Below, piece after piece: positions 1-13,028 of a stretch of 64,000 nt of DNA. How positions within the stretch are numbered: position 1 is the stretch's first letter; every line of letters begins with the position of its first letter. Origin of the DNA: Parasitella parasitica NRRL 2501. Taxonomy: Eukaryota; Fungi; Mucoromycota. Location: assembly GCA_025201805.1 (NCBI GenBank), contig MU619243.1, forward strand, positions 1 through 64,000, read 5' to 3'. The notes beneath the pieces are model-generated. The model was given only the letters and a program-made list of their open reading frames with translations. It searched no databases and had not been told where the DNA came from. The position numbers and the translations under genes were made by a program.

Positions 1-364
1 CATATCGAAATCTCAACTACAATACAAGTGAGAGAATGTCAACAAAAGTCATTCTTCAAATAAGCTGTAAAATAAGCATTCTCACTGTAGCGAGGCAATT
101 TTACAAGTAGTATAAATACAAGCTCTCTTAAAGATCATGTATCTTTTCTTCAGTTTTCTTTTAATCGAAAATAAAGGTGGAAAGACTATAATTGTATTTC
201 TCTGGCTTTATTTTTTTTATTTTTTTTATTTTCACATAAAATTGATCCCAATTTTATTGCAAAAATAATCAATGCTCATGATACAGTGATAAATTCAAAG
301 CAAAACACCAAATTTCTTGGTTGCAAGATTTTTAAGCTGTGTTGTAACAATGATGATGACGAAC

Positions 365-445
365 CAAAAATTTCAAATGATGACGCAAAGCCACTTTTCC
401 CTGCTTAATTTTTCTATATACCTGCGTCATCATTTGAAATTTTTG
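365..445. repeat. Perfect 23-bp inverted repeat (hairpin, 35-nt loop)
   Basis: CAAAAATTTCAAATGATGACGCA (365-387) is the exact reverse complement of 423-445; imperfect pairing continues about 10 nt outward. Confidence 0.9.
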
Positions 446-1620
446 ATGCGTCACCTTGGTGCGTGGAACATTAGTCAAAAAGTTTGCCAAGCATCATCAA
501 AAAGCAAAGACTGCTGGTTTCTTATCCTTGATCAGTCTTACGGAAACCAGGTAAAAAAGATTATTTGATAATCAAAAGGACCCAAAGATACCTGATATCA
601 TTCTTTATTTAGGCTGGATGTTTGTTCAAGTATACATACAAAAGTATTATGGCTGATCAACACGATGAACCACGACAGAGTCTCGACCTTTTTGCCATCA
701 CCGGGTTATTTTAAAGATTGGCGACCCTATTCGTGCTATAGCTTCCAAACGCAAGAAAATGAGATGTTGAATAGAAAAATAAAAGAAATACAAGCTATAT
801 AAATCCTTTTATCGTAATTTGATAAACAACTCTGAATCTTTTTATTTATTAACATGAAGTTATGGCTATTATGTAAATGCTTTTTAGCCTTTCTTTTCTA
901 GACCGATTAACGTTAACAAGGAGCAATAGTATTTGTACGAACAAAAGATACTTCATTTGCTTTGTGATTTGAATAGTTTATGCTATGGCTTTTTAAAAAG
1001 GGCAATTCTGTGAAGGCTGGAAAAGGGTGTTACTTAAACCTCTCCAAAATATTATGATCTATAGAACAATACTACATATTAAGCATACATATACGAAATT
1101 AACAGTAAAACTGGCCTGAGTAAATAACACTCAGCATATTTTGGTGGGCAGACGTTTGATCTTATTCCATTTTTGAAGCTTGTATGAGTTCCACACTGTA
1201 TTATTTTATTGGCCCAAAAGCTCTTAGTGTGTCAGCAATTGTTCATTACAATAATCCTATCCATCACTCTTCTTTTGTTGTGGAAGCTTGAACAAAAGAG
1301 GCTATGTGCTTATTAAAGAATAGTACTGGGTGAAGATTAAAATCAATAGTAAGAAGTAATTCATAGGATAAGGAGAACAAGCTCAGGCCTGGCATGACTG
1401 CAGCCTGTTAGACGGTTACTGTCAGCAATTGCCAAGGCATGATTGTACCCTCAGAAGTAAGAATTGAAATGACTATTTCATATTATTTTATTTTTACAGA
1501 TAAATTGACCCACGTTTTTTTTATTCGGACGTCTTTAAACATAAATTTTATCCAGTGTTCTGTCAGTTGTTTTTCTAAATACTTCAATAAAGAGCCTTTG
1601 TAATCCATTTGACCAAAACA

Positions 1621-1790
1621 TTGGTCAATTTATTTGCAAGAAGTTGGTTAATTTATTTTCGAAGAGATGGTCAAATTAACCTCAAACATTTGGGTAAAAG
1701 AGTCTCCTTTTTTTGGTCAATTTAGCCTCACACTATTGGCCAATCTTTTTCAAAAAAGTGGTCGAACTTTTCAAACATTTGGTAAATTGA
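1621..1790 (+). repeat. Degenerate tandem array, ~21-23-bp period, core TTGGTCAATT
   Basis: Eight consecutive units begin ttggtcaatt / ttggttaatt / atggtcaaat / ttgggtaaaa / ttggtcaatt / ttggccaatc / gtggtcgaac / ttggtaaatt with variable spacers; inverted cores (ttgacc) near 1505 and 1609. Confidence 0.75.
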
Positions 1791-2629
1791 GAGTGGAAGG
1801 CGGATTGTTCCAAAGTAGCAGATTGGTGTGCTAACTGTGTGCTTCAAACATGAGTATCACAATATCAAATGTCCACGTGCGTTACTTTTTTATTATTATT
1901 ATAATAAACCATGTTGAACGATGATCCTTCTAAGCTCCAATAGTAACCGCCAATACCTTTGCTAAACTACCTCAAGTTACACGATTTAGAATTTCAGCGA
2001 TGAGGCGTGAGAGAACACGGCTTCCTGTTGTCACAATCAAGAGGCTAAACGGCATTGTGGAATTATAAACGCCTGTTGCTTAGCTTACATACAAATTTTA
2101 ACGGAAAGCCGAGATCGACGTGGTTGAGCTTTGCACTAGTACAAATGCGCACTTCTCGCTTGGTTTTATTATGTCACCATTTAATCTTGCTAGACTATCT
2201 TTGGCCTTTTAGTCGTAAAAAGGAGGAAGAGCCAATCCTAAAAAAAAAAATAAAAAAAAGAAGAGTCTCACTACCGCATGTATCTTGAAATGGCTTGACC
2301 CGGGGTATACAAAAGGCTGCTTGAGTGCTGAGTAAAAGCAACGATCTTGCCTTGATTTGTTCTAGCACGTATGTAGAATGTGCAATGAACTTCAGAGGCA
2401 TTCAGGACAGAAAAGGCCTTGACAGAATGTATACAGGATGACATGTAAATCAAAATCGCGTATAGATATATACACCTACATGTACGGTTTATTACATCTG
2501 TTCAGCTAGAAATCTACTATTTAATTTAAAAATATCATATGATTACAGAAATATATAAATAACCCTTTTATCCATCAATTTCTTTCCTGGAACTTTCTTT
2601 TGCTACTGTTTATTTCATCCTCCTCTACT

Positions 2630-3452
2630 ATGGCAATGACTACTACTATGACTTACACAAGGAAAATATCTCTAAAAGGGAAAAAACCATACAGAAGCTG
2701 GCTCAAAGATGGTGTTAATGGCGGGCTTTCTTCCATGGAAATCCTTATTCGATGGCTATCTCACAGACCAAACTATAAGAGATGGAAAAGAGAAGATTAC
2801 TCGGTGGATCGAGTATCGAAAAAAGATCTATTAGAAGAGATCATTGACGATTTACGTCAAGCTGGCATATACCATCGATTAGCAAAAGATGTGGCATCAA
2901 AAATTTCGACACTTCAAAGTAACTATCGTTCAGCACGCAAATGGAGCGAAACTGAAGGGTACATGTTAAAGCACCAGATTGGCGGAGAGAAACTATTGCA
3001 TGGTATGTGCTCACTGCTGTTTATGCAAGAGGAAACAAGCTAACATGATCCTAGACGAGATATTAAAAAGATTCCCTTACTGGGATGTCCTGCATCCAGT
3101 ATTTGGTTCTAAAAGCTCTGCAATGGATCTTGATTACTTGGTACAAAAACCAGCACCTTTAGTAACAAGACACCGTCAGCAATCAAATGATAGCAGCAAT
3201 TCAACAGTATCGACAGTATCATCCCATGACGATTTGGAGAAATACTTGCATTGTGGCAGGAGAAAAGAAATGGAAAGAATGCAAAAATCAAGAGACATGC
3301 TGTACATCTTACGACAGGAAAAGCAAGAAAGACAAAGGGGAGAAGAACGGCTGTCTCTACAACATGAAAAGATGCAAGTTGAAAGGGACTTTATGAGTTG
3401 CTTGTATAAAGCAGGCTTTACACCTAGTGAAGCTTTATGCTATATCAGATAG
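2630..3452 (+). CDS. Uncharacterised protein with Myb/SANT-like N-terminal domain and C-terminal coiled coil (2 exons)
   Basis: ORFs 2600-3043 and 2979-3452 join in frame via GT-AG intron 3003-3054 (GTATGT...GCTAAC...CTAG). W-rich helical pattern SWLKDG...SSMEILIRWL...NYKRWK...KISTLQSNYR...KRFPYWDVL. Confidence 0.75.
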
Positions 3453-4982
3453 CCTCTCTGTATATCCGTTTTATTTTTTTTTTTTTTCGTCTTCACTATT
3501 TTCTTGACGTATATATAATACATGTTCATTGTACAGTTTAACTTTATCATTCAGTCATTTACACTCTTTCCAGTACGTGTACCTTATTAACAATAAACAT
3601 ACGCACATGGATTCCTGGACAACAGTCTAGACTACGCCCTTTCTGTATATTCCTCATGCCATCATTGCAAACCGATTCTCTGGCCTACAAAGCCCCTCAG
3701 AATTCAGAGAAATCGTGGTGAAGATCTCAATTCATCAGAATTTTACAGTTAAAGTTTGAAAAACTTTATTTAAGCTTTTTAAAAATTTAGGGCTGTAAAC
3801 ATCAAACAACACAACAATTCAAAATAAAACAAATATGTGTGCTTGATGTTAAGATGCTTAGATGTCTAAAATTTATTTTTAGCGCTGAAAGTAATTGTGT
3901 TCCTTGCGTGCTCAAGCTACATTTATATGCATACATCTTCAAGAGGTATACAGAGACGTGCAGTTTATGTTAATTATCAGGCTATAGACTGACATTCTGG
4001 GCGGTCGACGTTGCACAGCTCCCGATTGTTTGTTTATATGTACAGATCAAAAATAAACTATATATTGATTCTTACTATTATATCGTTTCTGTTTACATTA
4101 AATGTACCGATTCAAAATGGATGGCTCTAGACCTATGAAAGCATTTTCTATTACTCAGTTGGGCGCATCCTTTATATGATAATAATGTGGATAATTTATT
4201 GCGCAATAAGTGACCATATCCACATACGATGTACCCAACATCGAAAAACATGTAGAGGTTGTACCTGGCGTCTGTGATTAAGGGAAAAAATAGTTTCAGG
4301 AGTGAGCGAAAAAGTTGCCAAACATATACTAATAGCTTGTTTGTGTAGCAGAAAAATTGATAATATCAGCAGGCGCAAATGTTACTAACGAAACACCTTT
4401 ACAAGTAGCATCGTCCAGACATCATGTTGGAAAGTAGTTTCAATAAATCATAAGCTGATCTTTGACATCAGCTAAGACGATACCATACGTTACAAATATA
4501 GTCACTGGAGCCAGCATGTCGGTGTGCAGTGAGCTAAATTTGGAAAAGACGTTTGGTCATTGCTGTGATGAACGATGTATTTGTCATACATGACAATTTC
4601 AAAACAGAATACGCCTTTTTTTTATTTGGCAGCAGCAAGCACATTTTATACAGTATTTACAGTGGTGGCTGAAAATAAACGGCTCACATGAATCATTGGT
4701 GATTCATCTTACCATTCAGCCCGGTTAGCCAACAGTTGAATCGACTCGAAATTCATGCCAAAAACCCTAAATTTTTTCTCCAAATCTTGCTAGACCTGAT
4801 TCAACATTCAATCGAGAACAGAGATTAGCTCAATTAAAAACGTTACACTAAATGAGCAATTTTTAACATTAAACGAAAAGGAAAAAGAAAAAAAAAAAAA
4901 ATCGGAAGATACGTCGATCATTTTTTATTTACAAATTAAGGGTGCTTTAGGAACGTCTGAAAAAAATTATACATTTGCTATA

Positions 4983-5468
4983 CTACTGTGAGGATAAAGA
5001 AGTAAAAGACGACGGAGACAATAACGATGGCCTAGGAGGTGGTGTGGTGGATGCTGTTACTGGCGCTGGTGGTGCTGCTATAGCGGTGCTGCTGTTTCTA
5101 GTTTGACATAAATCCATAATATATTTCTCGAGTAGCATTTCATCATCGCTATCATTATGATGATCGCTCACATCATCTCTTTCGTTTTCATAATATGCTT
5201 TCAAGATTGTACGCTCATCTTCGCTCCAATACGATATATCCGAATCGCTATTGTCTTCTATGTTTAGAGCATTTGCAGCAGCAGATGTTTCATTAGCATT
5301 CGACATGCTGAGGATTTTATCTAGCATGTCTGTGGGTTCATCATGAGGGGTTTTTCCATGGCGTGGGGTAGTCTTTGCTGGTGTTTTTGCCGAGATATTA
5401 GTATTTGATGGATTTGATGATTCCTCTTTGTCTTGGTATTGATATTCATTGCATAGTCGTTGGGTCAT
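4983..5468 (-). CDS. Hypothetical low-complexity acidic/Ser-Pro-rich protein
   Basis: 161-aa ATG-initiated ORF with coding-like composition; no recognisable domain. Confidence 0.5.
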   Translation of the reverse strand: MTQRLCNEYQYQDKEESSNPSNTNISAKTPAKTTPRHGKTPHDEPTDMLDKILSMSNANETSAAANALNIEDNSDSDISYWSEDERTILKAYYENERDDVSDHHNDSDDEMLLEKYIMDLCQTRNSSTAIAAPPAPVTASTTPPPRPSLLSPSSFTSLSSQ

Positions 5469-7731
5469 CGAAAGAAAACCATGAATATTTGACTATGCAG
5501 CTCAGAGAGAAAGAGAGAGAAAACGAATGGATTACAAAGGAAAAAAGAGAGAGAAAGAAGAGAAGAGACAAGAATTGGGTGGGATCTTCGTTTTGAGTGA
5601 TTCCTGACCCCCTCCCCTTTCGCCTTTTCTTCACTTCTTCCAACCAAATGAACTCTTTTCCCTTCGGAGTTGACCATTTGCGATTCCTAAAAAGTACGAT
5701 TCCGAGATACAATTCCACCATATTACTTAGGATGCAACATAAATATATACAATTATTGTCTCTTTTTTTTCCAGCGGCCCCTTTCTCTTTATCCATTCCT
5801 ACACCAATAGAGCCTCTTGTAACAATTTTTTTTTGGCGATTTCCGTTTTCACAGCCCATGATAAACTATATACCAAAGTTAATTTCAAATTGCCATCCAT
5901 TTACACACATGAGATATATAATCTAACCAACCGGCTGCTCCAGTTCGAAGTACTCAGATGGCCTGTATTTTTATCTGCTTTCTTTGATAGCGTAAAAAAC
6001 CGATGAACTGCTGATATTTTGAAATCATGTCCCATCTCTCAATTGTCGACGGGAATTTCAAGGTGAAATGCGATCAACTGTAATTTTGTAGCAATAAGCA
6101 GAGGCGATCTAGTAGAATAAAAGGTCTCGGCTACGAAAACACTCGTATGTTCTATGAATATAGCATGTGCCTACGATCTTTTTGGTGGTTTCCAGATTTT
6201 TCGTAGTAGTCTGCATTAATAGAAACATGAAAATGCGATGATTTGACATTAATATTTTGGGTTTTAGCAAAGATGTGGAAAATCCTAATCAAGTAGATTC
6301 CTTTGTTTTGATTATTTGTGACAGAAGAGAACATTTCAAATTGTATCATGTGGATACGATTATTATGTGTGTTAACGATGCTTTGTCATACAGAACGGTT
6401 ATAGAATAAATGTAAGTATTTTTACTTTTTAAACTGCACATTTATACTATAGTAGGTGAGCGTTATTGCAATAATTTTCACAGCGATTAACTTTCACTAT
6501 CCTCGATACAGTGGTTAATAGAAGATTTGATTTTCCTATCACCGGTTATGTATTGGAAAACACCTAATAAATGGTATTTTTATCCAGAGATAGAGAAATA
6601 CGCGAGAAATCCAATTTGGAAAAATTTTCCATGGTTAACAATTGCAAACCTTGTGGTTCTTGATCACACCCTCTTACTTGACAGGATGAGCCTCAGTATC
6701 TTTTTCACATGATTCATTGCGTTAGCTACTTTCCTCTATGTATGTCGAGTTTGAATATTCCTTATTACTTCCACAGTTGTCATGTATCTCTTCATTCTCA
6801 GTTCGACTGCAAACAATGCTTTCTTGTTTACCAGAAATTAGAGGTTATTTGAAACGGAAAATTAGGAATTAATCAAGTAAAAAGTCAAGTAATTTGTATG
6901 CTATTTGATCTAGGGCTGTGGTTTGAGGGCGATGCCAAGATCTGAGGGATAGCATAGATTGTAACTGTCCAAACTTCCATGTCATGTCATTGTAATGATA
7001 GATATTATAGTTCTATACCGATATATGATGCTTCACTCTTTGATGTGTTTATATAGTTATGAGACCTATTCTTCTTGATTCCAAATGCCAAAGTTTTGAC
7101 TGAAATACGTTGTTCGTAGTTTCCAAATATTCGGATAATATCTCGTTCTTTTTGTCTATACACGTCCAAGATGGTGCTTGCAAGTCGTTGCTTAATTTAA
7201 CCATCATTACAAACCTATCTCATGCAGACTCTATCTTAAGTTATATGTCTCTTGTTATCGCAACTTCAAGTTTGATGTTTTTTTAACCCGAATACCCAAA
7301 AGTTTTTTTGCCCTAGGGTGTGGTATTTTAACTTTCTTGAACATTTCCTATAAAGCAGTAGTCTATCTTCCACAAACTAGCTCGAATTACACACATTACT
7401 GTCAATTACTACTTGGTCAGAATATCTGCATATATTATATACAGCAATTAATGACTCAAATAGCAATTTTAGCATATGGAAATGCCAACCTTTGTCATCA
7501 ACATGGTTACACTCTACGAGATAATTGTTCTCCATCACATTATGTATTTGGTAATCGGAGATCATTTATCAGGTAGATTTGATTTCATGTGAAAGTCAAT
7601 GATACTTAATTGGTCCCACACCATATCCGCTAAATACTGTACATATGAGAATCTACATATTTCACTATTTTCTTTTCTTTTTTTCTTTTTACTCAGCTTA
7701 ATTACCACAGATAAATCATAATACCAAAAAC

Positions 7732-8528
7732 ATGGAGCTTCTCAACCAACTAGTTCTTGATCCTAAATACCATGATGTCCTGTCTATCCTGAAAGGCTTT
7801 CGTAGTGGTATTGTATATGGCGCAAAAGTACGATTCCCTCATGCGCTTGTGATGACCATTCTATTCAAAACTGGGTCGTAAAGTATATAATTCAAGCTAT
7901 GCAAGGCATGGAGGCTAACATATACATCACTTTGTTGACTAGGCTGGAGAGTAAAGTAAAAGGCATCTTCAGGGCAACAAAGCAACATGCACAGAATTTG
8001 GGTATATTTGCCACAATCTACAAGACTCTGATGATTGTGCAAAAAAGACTAAATGGCGGCAAAGAAGCAAGTATTCATCCATTCATTGCTGGTGTTGTCG
8101 GTGGCTATTACGTATTTGGTGAGAATAACAGTATCAATCAACAGGTAAGGCCATAAAAAAAAAGAAAGAAAGAGGGTTGTGGGGGGGGGGTGAAATTGTC
8201 GCCTAATGTTGTGGGATAGATCATTCTTTATCTCTTTTCTCGGGTTGTACTGGCATTGGTTAAAGTGCCCGTAAAGCGCCAGATCATTGATGCGCCTCAG
8301 CACACTTATCCTGTTTTTGCAGCTGTTGTATGGGGTGTTGTCATGGTAAGAACTGATACTATGTAGCGATGATGATGCGTTATGATTCTAACTAAATTTG
8401 ATTAATAGTGGCTATTCAGACATGAGACTGACACAATCCAGCCTTCACTTAGAGCTTCTATGCAATATATTTATCGTGATTCTGATTCTTGGAAATCATT
8501 CAAGACCTTAATATGGCATAACAAATAG
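7732..8528 (+). CDS. PXMP4: Peroxisomal membrane protein 4 (Tim17/Tim22/Tim23/Pmp24 family), 4 exons
   Basis: MELLNQLVLDPKYHDVLSILKGFRSGIVYGAKVRFPHALVMT; ATKQHAQNLGIFA; FIAGVVGGYYVFG; C-terminus SLRASMQYIYRDSDSWKSFKTLIWHNK*; canonical introns. Confidence 0.92.
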
Positions 8529-8865
8529 ATACCATAGATACTGTTGCAATAAACTAGTGAATATAAACGGAAAGGATTGCTGAGGTTTGCAAACATCTGG
8601 CTTGAGGTCCATTAACAGCAGATTGCGATATTTATTCTCATGTGGATGTTATTTTCTCTGCATCATTCTAAAACTCTATGCAACACACATGTTGTCTATA
8701 AAGTAATCAGATTCAACCCATGATTTGATTTTTTTTTTATTAGTCTTATATAATAGCCTTACAACAATATATGGGGTATCTAACTGTGTAGAAAATAAAA
8801 TATACAAAGATAATGAAACAAAAGAGTAAGAAAAGGGCGAATGATAATGAGACAAGTGTGCATAT

Positions 8866-10830
8866 CTATTCAACAAGTTTTCTATTTCTCAATATAGTGG
8901 CCTTGGACATGTCAAGTTCGAACATATTACGCTTTCTCCTTGAGGTAGGTGTAGACACATGCACATCGTATGTTTGAGATTTCTGTTCAGGCGTAACTGT
9001 GTAGGCAGCAGGAGCAATGCCTTTACCGTCTTGAACCAGCTGTTCAGCCATAGCAATGACATCTTTTTGAATGTGACCGGTGGGCGATTCTTTGTTTTCG
9101 TTAGAACTGTCATCAGAATTAGGTTCATCATCGTCATCGTCGTCGTCTTCTTCAGAAATGGAATCATATCCACCAAACGCCTGAGATTGGTTTGCTGTAT
9201 TAATACCAGGTGTATTGCCAGCGCGATTCTTTTTTTCCTCGCCCATGCGTTGTACAGCATACGTAATGTCCAAAATTTCCTTGATTGATGTGATTCCGGG
9301 AGAAAAGACATCCGTCCTCTTTGCAGCTTTGCCCTCTTTAGAGACCGATGCAGATGGCTTTGCGTCGAGATTGTTGAAAGCCTCGTTTTGTCTTTTTAGT
9401 TCCTGTTGAGCAGCGGCTGCCTTGGAAGCAGCGTTTTGCATAGCCTGAGCACGGGGGTCGTTTGATTTGAATTTCTTTTCAATCAAAGGCTTGGCAAGTA
9501 AATCGTCGTTAGCGGGAGCAGGGGGAGGGAATTGTGATTTGGTAATCCAAGGATGCTTGAAGAACTCTTCAATGGTATAACGTTTCTCGGGATCAACCGT
9601 CAATAAGTTAGTAATTAAATCCTTGGCAGAGGCAGAAATGGGGTCCCACCAAGGACTAAGGAACGTATATTCGCCTCGAGCTACTTTGTGGGTAAGAGCA
9701 CGGATAGATTCATCGTAAAAGGGAGGGAAGCCGCAAAGGATAGTGTAAAGAACACAGCCAATGGCCCACATATCGACAGACTTGGAGTATTTCTGATCTC
9801 TGACAATTTCAGGGGCAGTGTAGCCAACTGTGCCACATGGAGTCAAAGTAGAGTTATCCCAAATGACTTTGGATAAGCCAAAATCAGCAAGCTTGACAAC
9901 GCCAATGCCTCCGCCACCGACACCCTCAGTGAACTCACCCTCGTCTTCTTTATCCTCGTCCCCAAATGGATTTTGCACATTATCTCGCTTGACAATTGGG
10001 ATAGGCTCGAAAAGAATATTTTCAGGTTTGATATCACTATAAAATATATTTTTTTAGTGACAAATTTTTGCGAAATCGGCATGTACATGCACTAATATAT
10101 TACCGGTGGACTACTCCACATTCTTCGTGAAGGTAGCGAATGCCTTCGGCCACTTGAACAATAACATGTCGAGCAAGGTCTTCGCTGAAATATGTCAATT
10201 GAACAATGCGATGGAACAGCTCACCGCCTTTGCACAGTTCCAGGACCAAAAAGTAGTAGTCGTCTGATTCTGAAAACTGGACAAGCTGCACAATGTTTCT
10301 ATGTTGCATGTTGCGCATAATCTGTACTTCTTTGAGAATGTTTGCTCTCTCGGTAGCTTTCGTCTTTTTCTTCATGTTCGGATGCAGATGACTTTGGCCG
10401 TGCTGTATTTTAATTTAAAAGGGTTAGACTGACATTGTCCATCAATGGTAAGCTTAAGAGACATTTGTCTGTTTCTTTTTTTTTTTATACCTCTGACGCA
10501 TCTAACTCTCGCTTTCGGACGACTTTGATTGCGACTTGGCTGTCATTTGCAGTGTCTCTTGCTTTGAATACAAACGAGAACGCGCCCCTGAGAAATTACA
10601 CGATGATGAGTAATCCATTGCAACAGGATATAAATAACTTACTCTCCAATCTTTTCAAGCATTTCGAAGCGTTCCAAGCCGGGGTAATTTGGCAGGACAG
10701 TTTTGCGATGTTTCTCTTCTTGGACTATACGGGCTGCTACATCTTTGTTTTTTTGCTTTTCCTCTGCGGTTAAATCTGAAGATAGAGAAGGCATCAATGA
10801 ATCAGCTGCATACACTTGGTTGAAGAACAT
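8866..10830 (-). CDS. CAMK-group MAPK-activated Ser/Thr kinase (Srk1/Rck2-like), multi-exon
   Basis: Spliced kinase motifs IGEGAFS, VAIK, HRDIKPEN, DFG, TPCGTVGYTAPE, with the Gly-rich insert (EGEFTEGVGGGGIG) typical of the Rck2/Srk1 family. Confidence 0.92.
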
Positions 10831-11139
10831 TTACCGTTACCAGGATGCGTTTTCTTTTGTTTAAAGATACTCTTGATTTGTGCAAGCATGCTGCAATGAT
10901 TTATTTATTATTTTTATTTTTATTTTTCGTAGATATCAAAGGGAGAAAAAGAAAAGAAGAAAGGGAAAAAGCAGATTGGGATCAGAATCAATTTATTTCA
11001 AATAAAAAAAAAAAAAAAAAATACGACCAAATGACGTAAATGGAAATGCTGTACAAATCAAGGACTTCAAAATACGTCATGTTTAACCAAACCATCAGTA
11101 GTAGAGTCGATAGAAAACCTGCCCCCCCCCACAACTATA

Positions 11140-12571
11140 TCATCGTCTAACTGTCCATGCGTCCTTTTTGCCAACCTTTTTGAGAAACTTCTTCCTGACG
11201 AGCAATTCGATCAGCAATGCAATATTGTCAGCGGAAATGTCATTCAAGTGCAGCGAAACATCTTCAACAGTCAACATGCTTCCTGGCCTGTCAGCGAAAC
11301 AGTTGTATATTCTTGTCAGTTGTGCCGATGCGGGTGGAGTGCGGAAACTTGGGGGGAAATACTGTAAATCAAATTTAGCGGGTATTTGGCCCGTGCTTCC
11401 AGACACCGTAGTGATATTAGACCCTGAATGAAACGTTAAATCAGATCCACTCATGCTCTGCCGTTCTTTTGCTTGGTATTCTTCAAGCTTATCGTGTGGC
11501 ATTGGGTCAGAGAATTCGTAGGCACCATTGTTTTCTGGGTGCTCCTGCTCTTGATTTCGTTCTGCTGTCATGATGTCCTCCATCACTCGGTCTGTTGTTG
11601 GCGTGCCGGCTAATGGAACCTGGAAACGGGCGTCCCTATTGCTAGGTGAATTGGCTACGTGGCCCCACGTTGGCAATTCCTCGTCCAAATCGAGTACTCG
11701 GTTTTGTCTCTGCTCAAAGAATCTATGGAACCTAGCACGGCTCTCTTCGTCATCCACTTCCATAATGTTGGTTTCATCCCATGCCTTGCCGGCTTGTGCA
11801 TTGTTATTATCGGGCTTCACTCGCTCTCTATTATCGCTATTACTACCGCCAGGCTTGAATTCAAACGAATCATCATCAGAACCGCGAATACCAGCAGTTT
11901 CTAGGACATTATCTGTCAAGATTCTCGCAGCCTCTCGGATAGGAGTTCCAACTAATGATGAGGAGGGTATGCCAAATGGCATTGTACGTGGTGGAGACAT
12001 CATTGGTCTATTCGACGATGAATCTGTAATGGACGACGTGGACACCGAGTCTGTGGTTGAAGGTTTTCGCAAGTGAGCGTGTGGAGGCCTTAGGAAATTG
12101 ATGCTATCAGAGTCTGGGGATGCAGTGGACGGTGGTCGCTGCAGACTCCTTCGAAGTCGGTTTATAGCGTTAAAATCTGTGATATTTTCCAAAGTAACAT
12201 CGTGGTTCATCTGGGGGTTCCATGAGGATCCACCGGTCGAGTCTGTCGTGAAATGTCCATGTGGTGGTCGATTCGTGTGTCCCTCATGAACGGCTAAACC
12301 GCCAGTTTTGTCCAGAGACTCAAAAAAATAAAGCCAAATCTACACAGATTCCCATCAGTCTATTACCCTGCGTCCCCTTAATTTCCATTGTTTTTACTTT
12401 GCAATGATTCCAGATTCGAGCAGTTGCCTCTGCGTATCTTTCAATGTTGGGTATCAGCACTGAATTGATTAGTCGGTTGCTCTCTGCAAAATTTTTGTCA
12501 ATCTCTTGCAGATTTCTGGTGATTTTTTGCTGCAATCGCTCGAGCTCAGCGTCCGCTTCTTCGTCTGTCAT
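11140..12571 (-). CDS. ASK1: DASH/Dam1 kinetochore complex subunit Ask1 (2 exons)
   Basis: N-terminus ELERLQQKITRNLQEIDKNFAESNRLINSVLIPNIERYAEATARIWNHCK|IWLYFFESL matches the DASH_Ask1 pattern; followed by disordered region with MSPPRTMPF motif. Start could be 12577. Confidence 0.85.
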
Positions 12572-13028
12572 AATCATGATGTTAGTTTTGCGATAACAAT
12601 AACAGCACACGTACATAGGCAAACTTTTCTCACATGTTGAATTCTCAATATCAAATAGTCACGTCACTCAAGGTACAGCAAAAACTGCTGCATCAAACTC
12701 GATCGATTGTCTCCATGTAGCTAAGCTTAATTTGGCGCACACCTCTAGTTTGGCACGATTATATACTGGTTGTGTTTAAAAATAGAGATGTGATGCTTGT
12801 TCATTGCAATTTCCTTGAAAAAAAAAACTAGGATTTTTAAGCTTTCCATATGTCCATGACGTAATTTGTTGCAATCTATGCTAGACTGATTTCACCATGT
12901 TAAGCTACTGATGTTCTGTATATCCAAAAATTGAGAAAGCATGGCTTTTACTCGTGTGACGTCAAGGTGCCTACTGATGTGAAGTGCAATAATGCAACGC
13001 ATTCTCTTTTCACTTTCTCCTCCGCAAG

